NCBI GenBank assembly: GCA_048938105.1
Contig: JBHLMN010000018.1
Location: 32,001 to 96,000 of the forward strand
DNA: 64,000 nucleotides
DNA from: Promethearchaeota archaeon
GTDB taxonomy: Archaea; Asgardarchaeota; Heimdallarchaeia; Hodarchaeales; Hodarchaeaceae
Direction: 5' to 3'
In this document: positions 1-10,593 of the stretch, piece after piece
Layout of the letters: each line of letters starts with the position of its first letter
How positions within the stretch are numbered: the stretch's first letter is position 1
Position numbers and translations under genes: made by a program
Notes under the pieces: model-generated
The model's database searches: none
What the model was told of the DNA's origin: nothing
The model's input: the letters and a program-made list of their open reading frames with translations, nothing else

Positions 1-2
1 TT

Positions 3-479
3 AAAGTAATGGGTATTCCAATAGGTAAGTTTTTTGGGCGTGATGGGTGTCGTACTCCGATGCAATGGACAAGTTCCACTCGAAACGCAGGTTTTTCGCT
101 AGATCCAGACATTACTCCATGGTTACCAGTAGCCACAAATTCACCTTTTATTAATGTGGAAAATCAAAAGAACGATGAACGGTCGTTGTTAACCTTTTTT
201 AAACGATTGATACAATTTCGAAAGATAAATAGAGCTCTTACTGAAGGATCCCTCGAGCTTTTTCCCGTGCACAACAAGAACTGTCTTGGTTTTGAACGTT
301 GTGTAGAGAAAGAAAGAATTCTTGTTTTACTCAACTTCAATAAAAGGAGATTTCAAATCAAAAATCCTCATCCTTCATCTACTAAAGTATTTTCTACATA
401 TACTTTGGACGTCTCATTAAAAACTAACAGTCTCATTACACTTCATCCATTTGAAGGGTTATTGCTAAAACTCCATTGA
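3..479 (+). CDS. Alpha-glucosidase / GH13 family, C-terminal part (5'-truncated by window edge)
   Basis: GRDGCRTPMQW motif, PWLPV..NVENQ segment and C-terminal beta-sandwich; frame is open back to the window start. Confidence 0.85.
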   Translation, partial: KVMGIPIGKFFGRDGCRTPMQWTSSTRNAGFSLDPDITPWLPVATNSPFINVENQKNDERSLLTFFKRLIQFRKINRALTEGSLELFPVHNKNCLGFERCVEKERILVLLNFNKRRFQIKNPHPSSTKVFSTYTLDVSLKTNSLITLHPFEGLLLKLH

Positions 480-564
480 AGATGATAATTTCAAGAAGGA
501 AAATATCGAAGGGTACACGCCATAAATGTATTTACAAAAAGAAAGAATAGAACAGAAAAAATAA

Positions 565-1674
565 TTAATCTTCTATTAGGTTAAGATGTCCCCCATATTT
601 CGCATGAATTGCACAGGTGCCTTCATTACCTACCATACATGGGCCTACGGGAGATTCAGGAGTACAAGTTTTATTAAAGAGTTTACAACTCTCTGGATAA
701 ATTTTTCCTAGCATAACGTCCGCACACCTACATCCTTTTGGGATATCCGTACCATTAGTGATTGGAATCTCCTCCTTATCCCGAATATTATATTGAGAAA
801 AATGATCTGCTAACTCAAAACCAGATGAGGGAATGACACCAATCCCTCGCCATCGAGCATCGACGATAGAGTAAGCTTTTTCCATTGCTACCCAAGCAGC
901 CTTATTTCCTTCTCGAGTTACCACTCGTGAATAAAGGTTCTCCGTTTTTGAACGAGAATGAGATAACTGTTGAAGAATTGCTAGGACACCAAGCATCACA
1001 TCAGCAGGTTCAAATCCTGCCACAACAATTGGAACATGATGTTCATCGCTAATAGGTTCATAAATCCCATAACCAGTTATCGCTGAGACATGTCCAGGTG
1101 CAATGAAACCATCTAGAGAAACTTCAGGTTGTTCCAATAGGATTTTCATGGCAGGGGGGACAAGCCTGTGAGAACTTAGAATGAAAAGATTTGAAGGAAC
1201 TCTCTGATTTATAAGTTCAATTGCAACTGTTGGTGCTGTGGTTTCGAAACCAATCGCAAAGAAAACAATTCTTTTTTGAGGATTATTGGTGGCCAGTTTA
1301 ATGGCGTCAAGAAAACTATATACTATTCGTACATCAGCTCCTTCTGCTCGAGCCATCAGAAGTGATCCCTGATTGCTAGGAACACGAGACATATCTCCGA
1401 AAGTGGTTAAAGTATATTCATTCTTAGCGAGCCAGATACTTTGTTCGATATCCTCATTTGGGCATACACAAACAGGACAGCCTGGGCCTGCAATTACCTC
1501 AACATTTGATGGTAGAAGCGATCTAATACCCCAATGAGAGATTGTATACTCATGGGTTCCACAAACATGACAAATGCGAATCTTTCGAGCACTAAGCTTA
1601 GTTGCTAATTTGTGTATCTTGGCTTTGAGCTCATTGATAATAAGTGGGTCTTGAAACGATTTACTCAACAACAT
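565..1674 (-). CDS. hypD: [NiFe]-hydrogenase maturation protein HypD
   Basis: CGTHE, GPGCPVC, GFETT and PGHVS motifs; C-terminal Cys cluster (CRC...CKLF..CTP..PVGPCMV..EGTC). Confidence 0.97.
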   Translation of the reverse strand: MLLSKSFQDPLIINELKAKIHKLATKLSARKIRICHVCGTHEYTISHWGIRSLLPSNVEVIAGPGCPVCVCPNEDIEQSIWLAKNEYTLTTFGDMSRVPSNQGSLLMARAEGADVRIVYSFLDAIKLATNNPQKRIVFFAIGFETTAPTVAIELINQRVPSNLFILSSHRLVPPAMKILLEQPEVSLDGFIAPGHVSAITGYGIYEPISDEHHVPIVVAGFEPADVMLGVLAILQQLSHSRSKTENLYSRVVTREGNKAAWVAMEKAYSIVDARWRGIGVIPSSGFELADHFSQYNIRDKEEIPITNGTDIPKGCRCADVMLGKIYPESCKLFNKTCTPESPVGPCMVGNEGTCAIHAKYGGHLNLIED

Positions 1675-1800
1675 TACTCCATAATGAAATAAAAGATCGC
1701 TACAAAATCCAACTCTATGGAAAATTTTTAATTATTTTCATACTGAAAAAGAGTTTGGCGATTTATTACTGAGTAGATATTTGATAACTTTCTTTGATAA

Positions 1801-3168
1801 TTAGATTTCCTTCAAATATTCTTGAAATTCTGTTTTTAGCTCTAATTCAGAGAATATCTTGATTTGACAGTCTTTTTCCGCTTCCTTTTCGGAAATACTT
1901 CCAATGAGGATAATTTCACTGTAATCCTCGTTATTAATAACTTCTTTAAGATTATTCCAATAAGATTGATGAAAACCTTTCTCTATACCCTCTATTGGGG
2001 GGATAGTGACTAACACTCTTTTATCTGGCGCGGTTAACGAAATGAAGGCACCATTATTTCTTTGCAGGATACCCACACTAAATTGGTTCATTTTATCAAC
2101 AATTATCTTGATTTGCTTACTAAAACGTGTAAGATGCTTTTGATTTCTTTCTAGATCTTTCAATAGGGGCGTCTTGCGCTCCTCAATACATCCTGCAAGC
2201 CATTTGATCGCTTCTCTCGGATTGCCATGAGAATATGCATAAGCTGACTCGATATCTGCTGTACAAAGAGGCCATAACGAATTTTCATCTTGCGAGAGGA
2301 TTTCAAACTTGGAATGGAAATCTTGTAACATTTGAAGACAATAAGCATTGATATCCTTTTTTGAAAATCGCTTCAAGACAACTGGAGGTTCGATACGACT
2401 CTGAACAGCTGTACTGGAAAGATCAAGAATCGTATCCCACAGAGTAGTAAGGCAGGCTAAGCACAGAATGAAATTGGAGGCCTCATTGTGTATCTTCTTT
2501 AGAGTTTCGAGAAACTGTAGCTCTGCCTCTGGTCCTAAAGCAATAAAGAGTGATTCGAGTTCATCAATGAAAAAGATAATTGGCTTATCAATAACCTTCA
2601 AAATTACTTTCAGTGCTGCAAATGCCAGTTCTTCATCATCCATGATCGTACGCTTGAAGTGAGCTGTATCATCGTCAATATCAAAGCCAGTTAACCACTT
2701 AAGAGCTAATTTTGACTGTTTGGGGTCTTTCAGAGCAAAGAATCCATTAATCACAATATTACCCATCCCTGGAAAGTCTACTGCTGCATGTTCGACTTTA
2801 GGGTATTTTTGGGTTAAAGCATCTGCCACATACTCTAATAAAGGTGCGCCTCCAGCTTTAATCGTTTCAAAGTAGAAATGTGAATATACACGATTAGGGT
2901 TGGTTGGAACAGGAATATAAACAACATATGCTTCAGTAATTGTTTCACGCAATACCCAATAAAAGTGAGTCTTTCCATAACCTGCTTCCGCGATTATGGG
3001 TAAGATGACAGATTTACGTTTCTTTTTTCTTATTATTTCTAAGAACCGGATTACATGTTTCAATGCTTCATTGTTTGGACGGTTTAGATTAAAAGGTTCT
3101 GGAACATCAGAACGTGCTGTGAAGTTATGGAATGGGTTTTCTATGACTAAGGATGCCACATGGGTCAT
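1801..3168 (-). CDS. P-loop AAA+/STAND-like ATPase (resembles cyanobacterial RcaG-type ATPases)
   Basis: Variant Walker A AEAGYGKT, Walker B IFFIDELE, sensor/Arg elements QSR and GNPRE, N-terminal NPF. Confidence 0.75.
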   Translation of the reverse strand: MTHVASLVIENPFHNFTARSDVPEPFNLNRPNNEALKHVIRFLEIIRKKKRKSVILPIIAEAGYGKTHFYWVLRETITEAYVVYIPVPTNPNRVYSHFYFETIKAGGAPLLEYVADALTQKYPKVEHAAVDFPGMGNIVINGFFALKDPKQSKLALKWLTGFDIDDDTAHFKRTIMDDEELAFAALKVILKVIDKPIIFFIDELESLFIALGPEAELQFLETLKKIHNEASNFILCLACLTTLWDTILDLSSTAVQSRIEPPVVLKRFSKKDINAYCLQMLQDFHSKFEILSQDENSLWPLCTADIESAYAYSHGNPREAIKWLAGCIEERKTPLLKDLERNQKHLTRFSKQIKIIVDKMNQFSVGILQRNNGAFISLTAPDKRVLVTIPPIEGIEKGFHQSYWNNLKEVINNEDYSEIILIGSISEKEAEKDCQIKIFSELELKTEFQEYLKEI

Positions 3169-3174
3169 TATAAT

Positions 3175-3654
3175 TTACGCCTCAAACATCATGAAATAAA
3201 ATACACCTGTACCAGAATCCGACTCAATCCCACCATGAATTGCATGTGTTTTTGACAGGGCTGTTTGTAATGTGAGAATCCCTTGATCGTGCAGATTTAA
3301 CACTTTCTGGTTAAATAAGTTATCTGGAATCCTCTTTTCACTTAACTTCCGTCGAATATCGGGTATTCTCACGAGGGGTTTCATTGGGTTTGCAAGATCC
3401 TTGTAAGCCTTTTTTAAGCATGTTAAAAACTCCTGATCATCAATCGTGGTATTAGGATTCAGTTCACGAGTAAGATAACTTTTACCATCTGGAGTAATCT
3501 GAAAGATATTTTTTGTCCCACGTTTGATACGTACGTACCCCTTATCAACCAGTTCCTGAAGTATTGCTTTTTCTGCTTCTGTTCGTGCATAATAACCTGT
3601 ATTACCCAAGAATTGCAAGATTTGGAGGTATGAGCTCTCCATAAATATCATCAT
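3175..3654 (-). CDS. Tandem winged-helix DNA-binding protein (RcaD-like), operonic with the ATPase
   Basis: LQELVDKGYVRI...ITPDGKSYL wHTH and a second wHTH VRIPDIRRKL...FNQKVLNLHDQGILTL...GGI; 6-bp gap to the ATPase. Confidence 0.6.
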   Translation of the reverse strand: MMIFMESSYLQILQFLGNTGYYARTEAEKAILQELVDKGYVRIKRGTKNIFQITPDGKSYLTRELNPNTTIDDQEFLTCLKKAYKDLANPMKPLVRIPDIRRKLSEKRIPDNLFNQKVLNLHDQGILTLQTALSKTHAIHGGIESDSGTGVFYFMMFEA

Positions 3655-3909
3655 CTCTATAATATATTCTCAATTGAGCCTATAAGCTTCAAAGAATTTT
3701 AGTCTAGGCTCAAAAACGATGAGATTAGCCTTATGATCTTAGGATAATGAAGATGGAAATGAAGAAATAACTTGCTATCATGAGGATATTATCTTAAAAT
3801 CAGAAATATTATGCTTAGTTAATTTAGTGTTGAAGAAGTTTAGCACCTGATTTTTCCTTCTTCATTCTAATCATAATTAATAAATCCATTTAATCAAGAA
3901 AAGAGTGAT

Positions 3910-5043
3910 TTGACAATGATTCTTGATAATCTGACTAAAATTTCCGAATTGGATTCCCAAAATATGTTTCAAATGGTTTATAACTGGGCTGAGCTAATTG
4001 AGGAGTTACTCCAACATTCTTTTGAAGTTCCAGATCAAGTTACTGTTAATCAACGTACGATCTCTTACGTTGACCCTATTTCTCAAGTAGTTGTCTGTGG
4101 AATGGGAGGATCGGCAGTTAGTGGTGATTATTTACGAATTTACCTAGAAAAAACATCTCCTTTTCCAATAATAATACAAAGAAATTATACGATTCCAAAT
4201 TTCATAACAAAAAATACGTTAATAATTCTGATTTCGTATTCTGGAAACACAGAAGAAACCATATCATGTTTGATAGCTGCAATAAAGAAATCAGCCAAGG
4301 TAGTTGGAGTAGGGTCAGGAGGTAATTTGGGGGATTTTTTAAGAAATCATAACATACCCTTCTTTCCAATTCCCTCTGGGTTTCAGCCAAGAGCAGCTTT
4401 TCCACTTTTATTTTTCCCCTTGCTTAAAATTTTATCTACATTTAATTTAATTCCCATAGATCAAGCGGCAATTGATGAAACAATTTCATTCTTTCGCCAA
4501 ATGAGACAGGAATTCCATTTTGACAAACCTGTCAAAATAAATCAAGCAAAACAGATAGCACTCAAGTTACATGAACGTATTCCTGTTATATGGTCTCCTT
4601 TCGGTTGCATTGCTAATCGAATGAAGTGTCAACTTAATGAAAACTCAAAAATTTTAGCCATGGCTGAAGAATTACCAGAATTCAACCATAATCACATAGT
4701 TGGTTGGGAATTTTGGGGTAAAGACAATCCTTTTATTGTCATTGCTTTTCGTTTTCAAAGTGAACATCCTAATGTCAAGTTACGTTTTAAGATAACTAAG
4801 GAAATAGTTGGAATAAAAGCCGAAATTATTGAGATTGAAGCAAGAGGTACAAGTTTATTAAGTCAATTATTCTCCGCCACTTATTTTGGGGATTATATTT
4901 CAATGTATTTAGCCATTCTAAACAATCAGGACCCAAATACCGTAGATAACATTGATTATTTAAAAGAACAATTAGAACGACGCGAACAGACCCAAACCAA
5001 GTTAATTGCTACCTTACACGCGATTAATGAAAAAACGACCTAA
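3910..5043 (+). CDS. Bifunctional phosphoglucose/phosphomannose isomerase (SIS)
   Basis: GMGGS, SYSGNTEET, QPRAA, QLNENSK and PEFNHN motifs. Confidence 0.93.
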   Translation: MTMILDNLTKISELDSQNMFQMVYNWAELIEELLQHSFEVPDQVTVNQRTISYVDPISQVVVCGMGGSAVSGDYLRIYLEKTSPFPIIIQRNYTIPNFITKNTLIILISYSGNTEETISCLIAAIKKSAKVVGVGSGGNLGDFLRNHNIPFFPIPSGFQPRAAFPLLFFPLLKILSTFNLIPIDQAAIDETISFFRQMRQEFHFDKPVKINQAKQIALKLHERIPVIWSPFGCIANRMKCQLNENSKILAMAEELPEFNHNHIVGWEFWGKDNPFIVIAFRFQSEHPNVKLRFKITKEIVGIKAEIIEIEARGTSLLSQLFSATYFGDYISMYLAILNNQDPNTVDNIDYLKEQLERREQTQTKLIATLHAINEKTT

Positions 5044-5152
5044 ATTTGCCTAATTTTGTGTAAGTGAAAATCAAACAGAAAATAGATTAGGATCTACTTA
5101 AAATGCCAGTTATCGTGTTTTTTCCCCTGAAAGCGATGAAACCAAACACTAG

Positions 5153-6520
5153 GTGAAATTGATGGCTAATTATGACGTCATTGTGGTTGGGGCTGGTACT
5201 GGTGGCTCAGTAACTGCGGCTGCTCTTGCCAATAAAGGAGTAAAAGTGGCTCTTTTTGATAGGCAACCTAAAGAAATGATAGGAGTAAAAATATGTGGGG
5301 ACGCTACGAGTGGGGAACATTTCAAACGGATTCAAAAGATTACCAAGATTGAACCACCGAGGGGTGATGAAATCAGGCAAAAAATCAAAGGAGCATGGCT
5401 TTTCTCCCCAGATAGGGAAGTTAAATTTGAATTAATCGAGGAAGGAGGGACGGGTATCATCATTGACCGCTTTAAACTTGGGATGAGGATTTTAAATGAT
5501 GCAATTGATCTTGGAGCTGAACTTTACGATTCAACATATGTTAAAGAACCAATCATCCACCAAGATCAAGTGACAGGTATTAAATATCGGGGAAAAAACA
5601 AGAATATTCAGGAAATGTCTGCAAATGTTGTAGTTGATGCATCAGGCATTGGGGCAGTACTTCGCCGAAAACTAGATCCTGAAAAGACTTTCATGAACCT
5701 TGAACTAGCCCCCAAGGACGTATGTAATTGTTATCGAGAAGTACGTGATGTAGAAAATGAGATTGAATCGCCTGAGTTCATTCGTATCTGTTTTGATCAA
5801 GAGTTGTGCCCTGGTGGGTATTTATGGGAGTTTCCAAGGGGAACATCATCAATGAATGCAGGATTAGGCGTGATGCGCAAATTTAAAGTGAATGCTCATG
5901 TTCAATTCAACAAATATTTAGAAAGAGAAAAGAAGTTTTACACTAATTCAAAATTAATTCATGCTGGTGCTTGGAGAGTACCATTACGTCGGCCTCAGGA
6001 TAATCTCGTTTGGAACAATTTTCTTCTTGTTGGCGACGCAGGAACCCAAGTAAAACCTACAGATGGTGGCGGAATAGGTATTTCTGTTAACGCTGCAGCA
6101 ATGGCTGGTAAAACAATCGCCAAGGCTTTAGAAAATGATAATGTCTCTTTAACTGGCCTTTGGGATTATAATGTCGATTTTATGACTTCTATAGCTCCTG
6201 TGAACGCTCCTTTAGCAATCATGAAAGATTTTATTATGCCCTTACCAAGTTCAATCATTAACACGGTTTTTCACAATAAAATCGTCGAAGGAGGGGACTT
6301 ATTATATGGTAATGCTACTGGAGAAATCTCAGGTGGATTTTTCAAAACCCTCCAACGAGCTTATCGTGGGAAAAGAATTCTACGAACACTTTTAAAATTT
6401 AGATCTGTCATAAAAAAAATGGATAAAGCAAGAGAACTATATGAAAATTATCCAAAAACACCTGAAACGTTCTTGAATTGGCGTGAGAAGATTTTAAAAC
6501 TATATGGTGAGGCGAATTAA
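5153..6520 (+). CDS. Geranylgeranyl reductase family (digeranylgeranylglycerophospholipid reductase-like)
   Basis: GAGTGG FAD motif, KICGD, PGGYLWEFP, LVGDAG..P..GGGI. Confidence 0.9.
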   Translation: MKLMANYDVIVVGAGTGGSVTAAALANKGVKVALFDRQPKEMIGVKICGDATSGEHFKRIQKITKIEPPRGDEIRQKIKGAWLFSPDREVKFELIEEGGTGIIIDRFKLGMRILNDAIDLGAELYDSTYVKEPIIHQDQVTGIKYRGKNKNIQEMSANVVVDASGIGAVLRRKLDPEKTFMNLELAPKDVCNCYREVRDVENEIESPEFIRICFDQELCPGGYLWEFPRGTSSMNAGLGVMRKFKVNAHVQFNKYLEREKKFYTNSKLIHAGAWRVPLRRPQDNLVWNNFLLVGDAGTQVKPTDGGGIGISVNAAAMAGKTIAKALENDNVSLTGLWDYNVDFMTSIAPVNAPLAIMKDFIMPLPSSIINTVFHNKIVEGGDLLYGNATGEISGGFFKTLQRAYRGKRILRTLLKFRSVIKKMDKARELYENYPKTPETFLNWREKILKLYGEAN

Positions 6521-6538
6521 AAAAAAGGCTAAGTTTTT

Positions 6539-8335
6539 TCACATAAAAAGATCATCTACAACTTTAAGGGCGGGAGGGCAAACACGCATATTACCTATCG
6601 CGGTTGAATAAAAATAACCTGAGAAGTTCCCAAGAATTTTTGTCGCACTTTTGTAGATTAGTGCGTTTTCTAGTGCAGTTGATGAGATAAGTAATTTAAA
6701 AAGATCATTTCCTTTTCCGTCTAAAGATTGAAGGTGAAAACCCATCTTAACTTGGGTATCATTCATAAGAAAGATAAAATAGTTATTTCCAAAGAAAGAT
6801 TCAGGAGGCTTCTCAATAAACCAATCTTTAGGAATATCAAGTAAATATAAGTATTTAGGATTCCTTGGTCTTTCTTCATCGATAAACACTACAGGATTAT
6901 CTTTGATATAAAATTCTTTGAATATAGAAATTCCAATTGCAAGGAGATTGGAAATTATAGCCTCAGAATAAGGCACAAGGAGCGACCTAACAGCATTTAA
7001 ACCTTCATTATAACGCTTTTCTTGAAGAAACTTAATTTCTTTGACTTTTTGACGTTTTGCGGGTGTTTCCAGTAACTTCACTAGTCTAGAGGGAACCCGT
7101 TCATAAAAATAATGAGCAATAATATTTTCGAAAGCAAAGTGAATCCCTCCAACCTGTTCAAAAATCGCAACAGCTTTCTGAAGGGATTTTGTTTTTTTCT
7201 GCGATTGTAACGCGTTTTTGAACGTCAATTGTGAATTAAGACTGTCTATTACATCCTTGGATGACTCAAATTGCCATTTTGACCCTTTTCTATAATATTT
7301 GAACCATGGGGGTTCTTTAGAGAGTGAATTAATCACCTTTTTTACAAAATCTTGGAATTCCTTAGAAATCTCTTTTATTAATTTATCATATTCTTTTGAA
7401 AAACCTTCTTTTATTGAGTCAAATTCCTTGTGTGAAACCTTCTTTCCAGCTTTCAGGCGTGTCTGAACTTTTTCTAAATCATGGATAAGTTTTATTTTGA
7501 TTTTTTCAGATACTGAATGTTCAAACTCAATTTCTAACTTAAATTCAGCATCATCATTTTCAGCTTGAATTTTACATGAATTAATCAACGAATGAACTGG
7601 GTTTTTGAAGTCTTTCTCTAGTTTTTCAATACATTTCGCATGGATTCTCTCTAAGTATTCTTGGGGGTGTTCCTCAACATATTGACAGATGTCATCTATT
7701 CCTAATTCTTCTAGTGTGGGTAAAGAACCAACCATTGAGAATTTTTTCCAATTATAGCTTAAGAGTTCTTTAATAAGTATAAGAAGGGTATTCATTTTAC
7801 GAATACGATTTGCAAGGAATCTACAATTAGTATCTAAATCACGAAAGAACTTTCCTGAATGATATTCTTCCTCTATCAAAAGATATCCGAATAAAGAAGC
7901 TGTTGTACTAATTAATGCTCTTTCTAACATGTCTCGAGCAAGTGATGCAGATTCAGGATTTCCAGATAAATCGTAGGCTGCACGATCTATCTCTAACGTT
8001 GGTAGGGGAATATCTTCATCTAGTAATGTAGCTAATTCTTTTTTAAGCTGAGTACCATCCATCTTCTGTAATTCTTGTGGAGTTTTTTCAATAAGAAAAT
8101 TCGTAAAAGCCAAAAAAAATGGTTGTCTTCTAAAATCATATTCTGCTGCTGCGACTGTTAATAGTGCAAATAATTCGGTTGATGATATAATTTCATTGAG
8201 AGGTTGATTGGGAAAAGCCAGATCCAGCAATTGTTTCGTAATCACTAAGCCCTGTTCTCCAAAGGGATCATCTTCATACCCTTTGATAAATTCTTGAAGG
8301 AGTTTACCCGCAATAATACTTTCTATGGTGGCCAA
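6539..8335 (-). CDS. Hypothetical alpha-helical protein (598 aa)
   Basis: Long ORF overlapping the upstream longin-like gene by 13 bp; no recognised motif. Confidence 0.7.
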   Translation of the reverse strand: MATIESIIAGKLLQEFIKGYEDDPFGEQGLVITKQLLDLAFPNQPLNEIISSTELFALLTVAAAEYDFRRQPFFLAFTNFLIEKTPQELQKMDGTQLKKELATLLDEDIPLPTLEIDRAAYDLSGNPESASLARDMLERALISTTASLFGYLLIEEEYHSGKFFRDLDTNCRFLANRIRKMNTLLILIKELLSYNWKKFSMVGSLPTLEELGIDDICQYVEEHPQEYLERIHAKCIEKLEKDFKNPVHSLINSCKIQAENDDAEFKLEIEFEHSVSEKIKIKLIHDLEKVQTRLKAGKKVSHKEFDSIKEGFSKEYDKLIKEISKEFQDFVKKVINSLSKEPPWFKYYRKGSKWQFESSKDVIDSLNSQLTFKNALQSQKKTKSLQKAVAIFEQVGGIHFAFENIIAHYFYERVPSRLVKLLETPAKRQKVKEIKFLQEKRYNEGLNAVRSLLVPYSEAIISNLLAIGISIFKEFYIKDNPVVFIDEERPRNPKYLYLLDIPKDWFIEKPPESFFGNNYFIFLMNDTQVKMGFHLQSLDGKGNDLFKLLISSTALENALIYKSATKILGNFSGYFYSTAIGNMRVCPPALKVVDDLFM

Positions 8336-9084
8336 TCAAATACAACTCCTTGTAATACCTCTTTAAGAAGAGCTGCTGGACCATGATGTTTTATTTCTTC
8401 CGCCATTAGCTTCTTAATCCTTATTCTCAGGTTTGGGATAATCTGATCAATGTTTTGAGCTGTAATGAGAGGAGAAACACTATTTTCTAAAGCTGATCCT
8501 AGGGTAATCCACACAGCTGAATCAATGGCATTTTCTATCCTTTCGGGAAATGTTAAATCAGAGAGGTTTAAACCAATTTTTTCGAAAATAGTTCTATCAA
8601 TCTTGAGAAGCTGTTCTTCTAAGGTATCAGTTTCACGAAAAGGTGATTCTCTCAACTGTTTTCGCCAATTGAAAATAGCTTGATAACCTAATTTCACTTG
8701 AAACTTATCTGGAAGACTACCTACCATTAAAATTTCTTCAAATGCTGGGTTGAATACATAGTCTGATAAATATTGAGCTCCTAATCCCCCAACAAGCACT
8801 TTCATTTGCTGGCTGATCTGTTGGGGAAAACCTGTTGTACCCCAAACAAAAAATCCAACCATTGCATCTTGACCAGCAGTTTGGATGTATATCCGACCTT
8901 CTTTGGCCTGAATATCATTTAATTGTCCCATACCTGTTTCAGATTGAGTGAGAGAATTGATTGCGGAGAGTATCCCGCCAAATAGTAGGCTCTGTTCACT
9001 AGAGAAACCGACCGAGACGGTTGGAATTCCATGGTTAACAATAAAGAACGCTATTTGGGGACAAGAAGGCTTTTTCTTTGCCAT
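8323..9084 (-). CDS. Longin-like N-terminal domain protein
   Basis: FFIVNHGIP...LFGGILSAINSLTQ..G.GQLNDI....RIYI pattern typical of longin/MON1/FUZ-type first domains common in Asgard archaea. Confidence 0.6.
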   Translation of the reverse strand: MAKKKPSCPQIAFFIVNHGIPTVSVGFSSEQSLLFGGILSAINSLTQSETGMGQLNDIQAKEGRIYIQTAGQDAMVGFFVWGTTGFPQQISQQMKVLVGGLGAQYLSDYVFNPAFEEILMVGSLPDKFQVKLGYQAIFNWRKQLRESPFRETDTLEEQLLKIDRTIFEKIGLNLSDLTFPERIENAIDSAVWITLGSALENSVSPLITAQNIDQIIPNLRIRIKKLMAEEIKHHGPAALLKEVLQGVVFDWPP

Positions 9085-9310
9085 AATTCTGTAACATCCT
9101 TAATAGGTTAGGTAGGTAGATCGTTATTAGTTGGCCATCCTAGATCTGGACGCTTAGGCATAGGTCATGAGGCTAATCATCTGAATAATTGAAACTCAAT
9201 ATATTGGGATAGTTTCATTACTCGTTTAAAATATATAATGAAATTTAGAAAGCATTCTAATATAAATCTATAGATATCTTTATGGATTCAAGCGATCTGG
9301 ATGACAAAAA

Positions 9311-10564
9311 ATGGTTTTTTTTCCATCTAAATCTCAATTCATTGAAAAGTATAGATGGCTTCTTCTTTCTTTGCTGTGTAATCTGATAATACACTTATTT
9401 CTAGGATTGATTTATTATAATCCAGTGGATTTTGTACTTCAATATGAGGCTGCCAAAAAAATTGCGCAAGGACAGCTCCTTTACCGTGATATTGGTAAAT
9501 TCATAATTGGTGACGTAGAACTACCAAAACCACAATATCCACCGCTTTATTTATACACTTTAGGATTTATTATCGCAATATTTGGTGTAGAAAGGTTCAC
9601 ATGGCAAATGGCTAAGATTTTTTTGATTATTTTTAATATACTTGTCGGTTTGTTAGTCTATCATATTCTATTGATTCATATCCAGTCTTCTCCTAGAGGC
9701 AATATGATAGCGTTAGCTGCATTAAACTGGTTTTTATTAAATCCATCAACCTTAGGAATCGTCTTTGGAGGTTATCATGAAAATTTCATGTTATTTTTCG
9801 TGTTACTGGGAATTTTTATGTTTAAAAACGCTCACTACGGACGGACTGGGTTATGTTTTGGATTAGCTCTCTTAGTTAAACCGATTGTTGGCATTTATAT
9901 GATACCCCTTTTAGTTTGGGGTATTCAAACACGTGATTTGAAATCAATAATAATCTGGATTGGAGCTGGTTTCACATTTCTGATAGGATCTCTTCCATTC
10001 TTATTATTATCTCCTGAGGAATATATCAATGATGTTTTCCTTATTCATACTCAGAGACCCGATCCAAGCATGTCATTTTACACTTATTTTTTATCTGAGA
10101 TCTCATCAACTCTATTTCCATTTGTATTGCAGCTAATCATTTTTGGACTATATATTGTGATATTTATCAAGAAAATTCCAGTTACCAGTTCTAAGGAGGT
10201 TATTGTAGCAATTCTACCATTTATGACCATTTTTATGGCTCTAAACCGTATTCTTTATCCTCACTATGTACCATTTTTCTTTCCGTTTTTCACTTTCACA
10301 GTCTTTTTTCTAGTTAAGGAGTATTATAATCATAATACAGCTAATAAACCAATTGTAATTTTCATAGTGTTAATTTTAGGCCTTTTTTTGGTTTATTTAG
10401 GAAGTATCTCATGGTCGTTACTTTGGTCAATTGAAAGGTACGAAACTTATTTGTCCAATCCACTCTTCCCGATTTCAGCAGTCATATGTATCATTGGATT
10501 AATTATAATTTCAGTAACTTCTCTCTTCTCTCTTAATTATATGAGTAAAGAAAAAGTCAAATAG
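9311..10564 (+). CDS. GT-C fold membrane glycosyltransferase (GT87/PIG-M-like mannosyltransferase)
   Basis: About 10 TM helices; D after TM1, YPPLY, LNP, G.HE, LVKP, PHY motifs. Confidence 0.75.
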   Translation: MVFFPSKSQFIEKYRWLLLSLLCNLIIHLFLGLIYYNPVDFVLQYEAAKKIAQGQLLYRDIGKFIIGDVELPKPQYPPLYLYTLGFIIAIFGVERFTWQMAKIFLIIFNILVGLLVYHILLIHIQSSPRGNMIALAALNWFLLNPSTLGIVFGGYHENFMLFFVLLGIFMFKNAHYGRTGLCFGLALLVKPIVGIYMIPLLVWGIQTRDLKSIIIWIGAGFTFLIGSLPFLLLSPEEYINDVFLIHTQRPDPSMSFYTYFLSEISSTLFPFVLQLIIFGLYIVIFIKKIPVTSSKEVIVAILPFMTIFMALNRILYPHYVPFFFPFFTFTVFFLVKEYYNHNTANKPIVIFIVLILGLFLVYLGSISWSLLWSIERYETYLSNPLFPISAVICIIGLIIISVTSLFSLNYMSKEKVK

Positions 10565-10593
10565 AAGATAAAAAAGTCAGCAAATTCTTATTA

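Noticed and set aside
1801-3168. ATPase as BREX BrxD/BrxC or Cdc6
   Set aside because: No other brx genes, methylase or origin-type repeats in the window; the motifs are only generic AAA+
9108-9161. 17-aa minus-strand uORF (MPKRPDLGWPTNNDLPT) ahead of the longin-like gene
   Set aside because: Too short to distinguish from chance; no supporting motif
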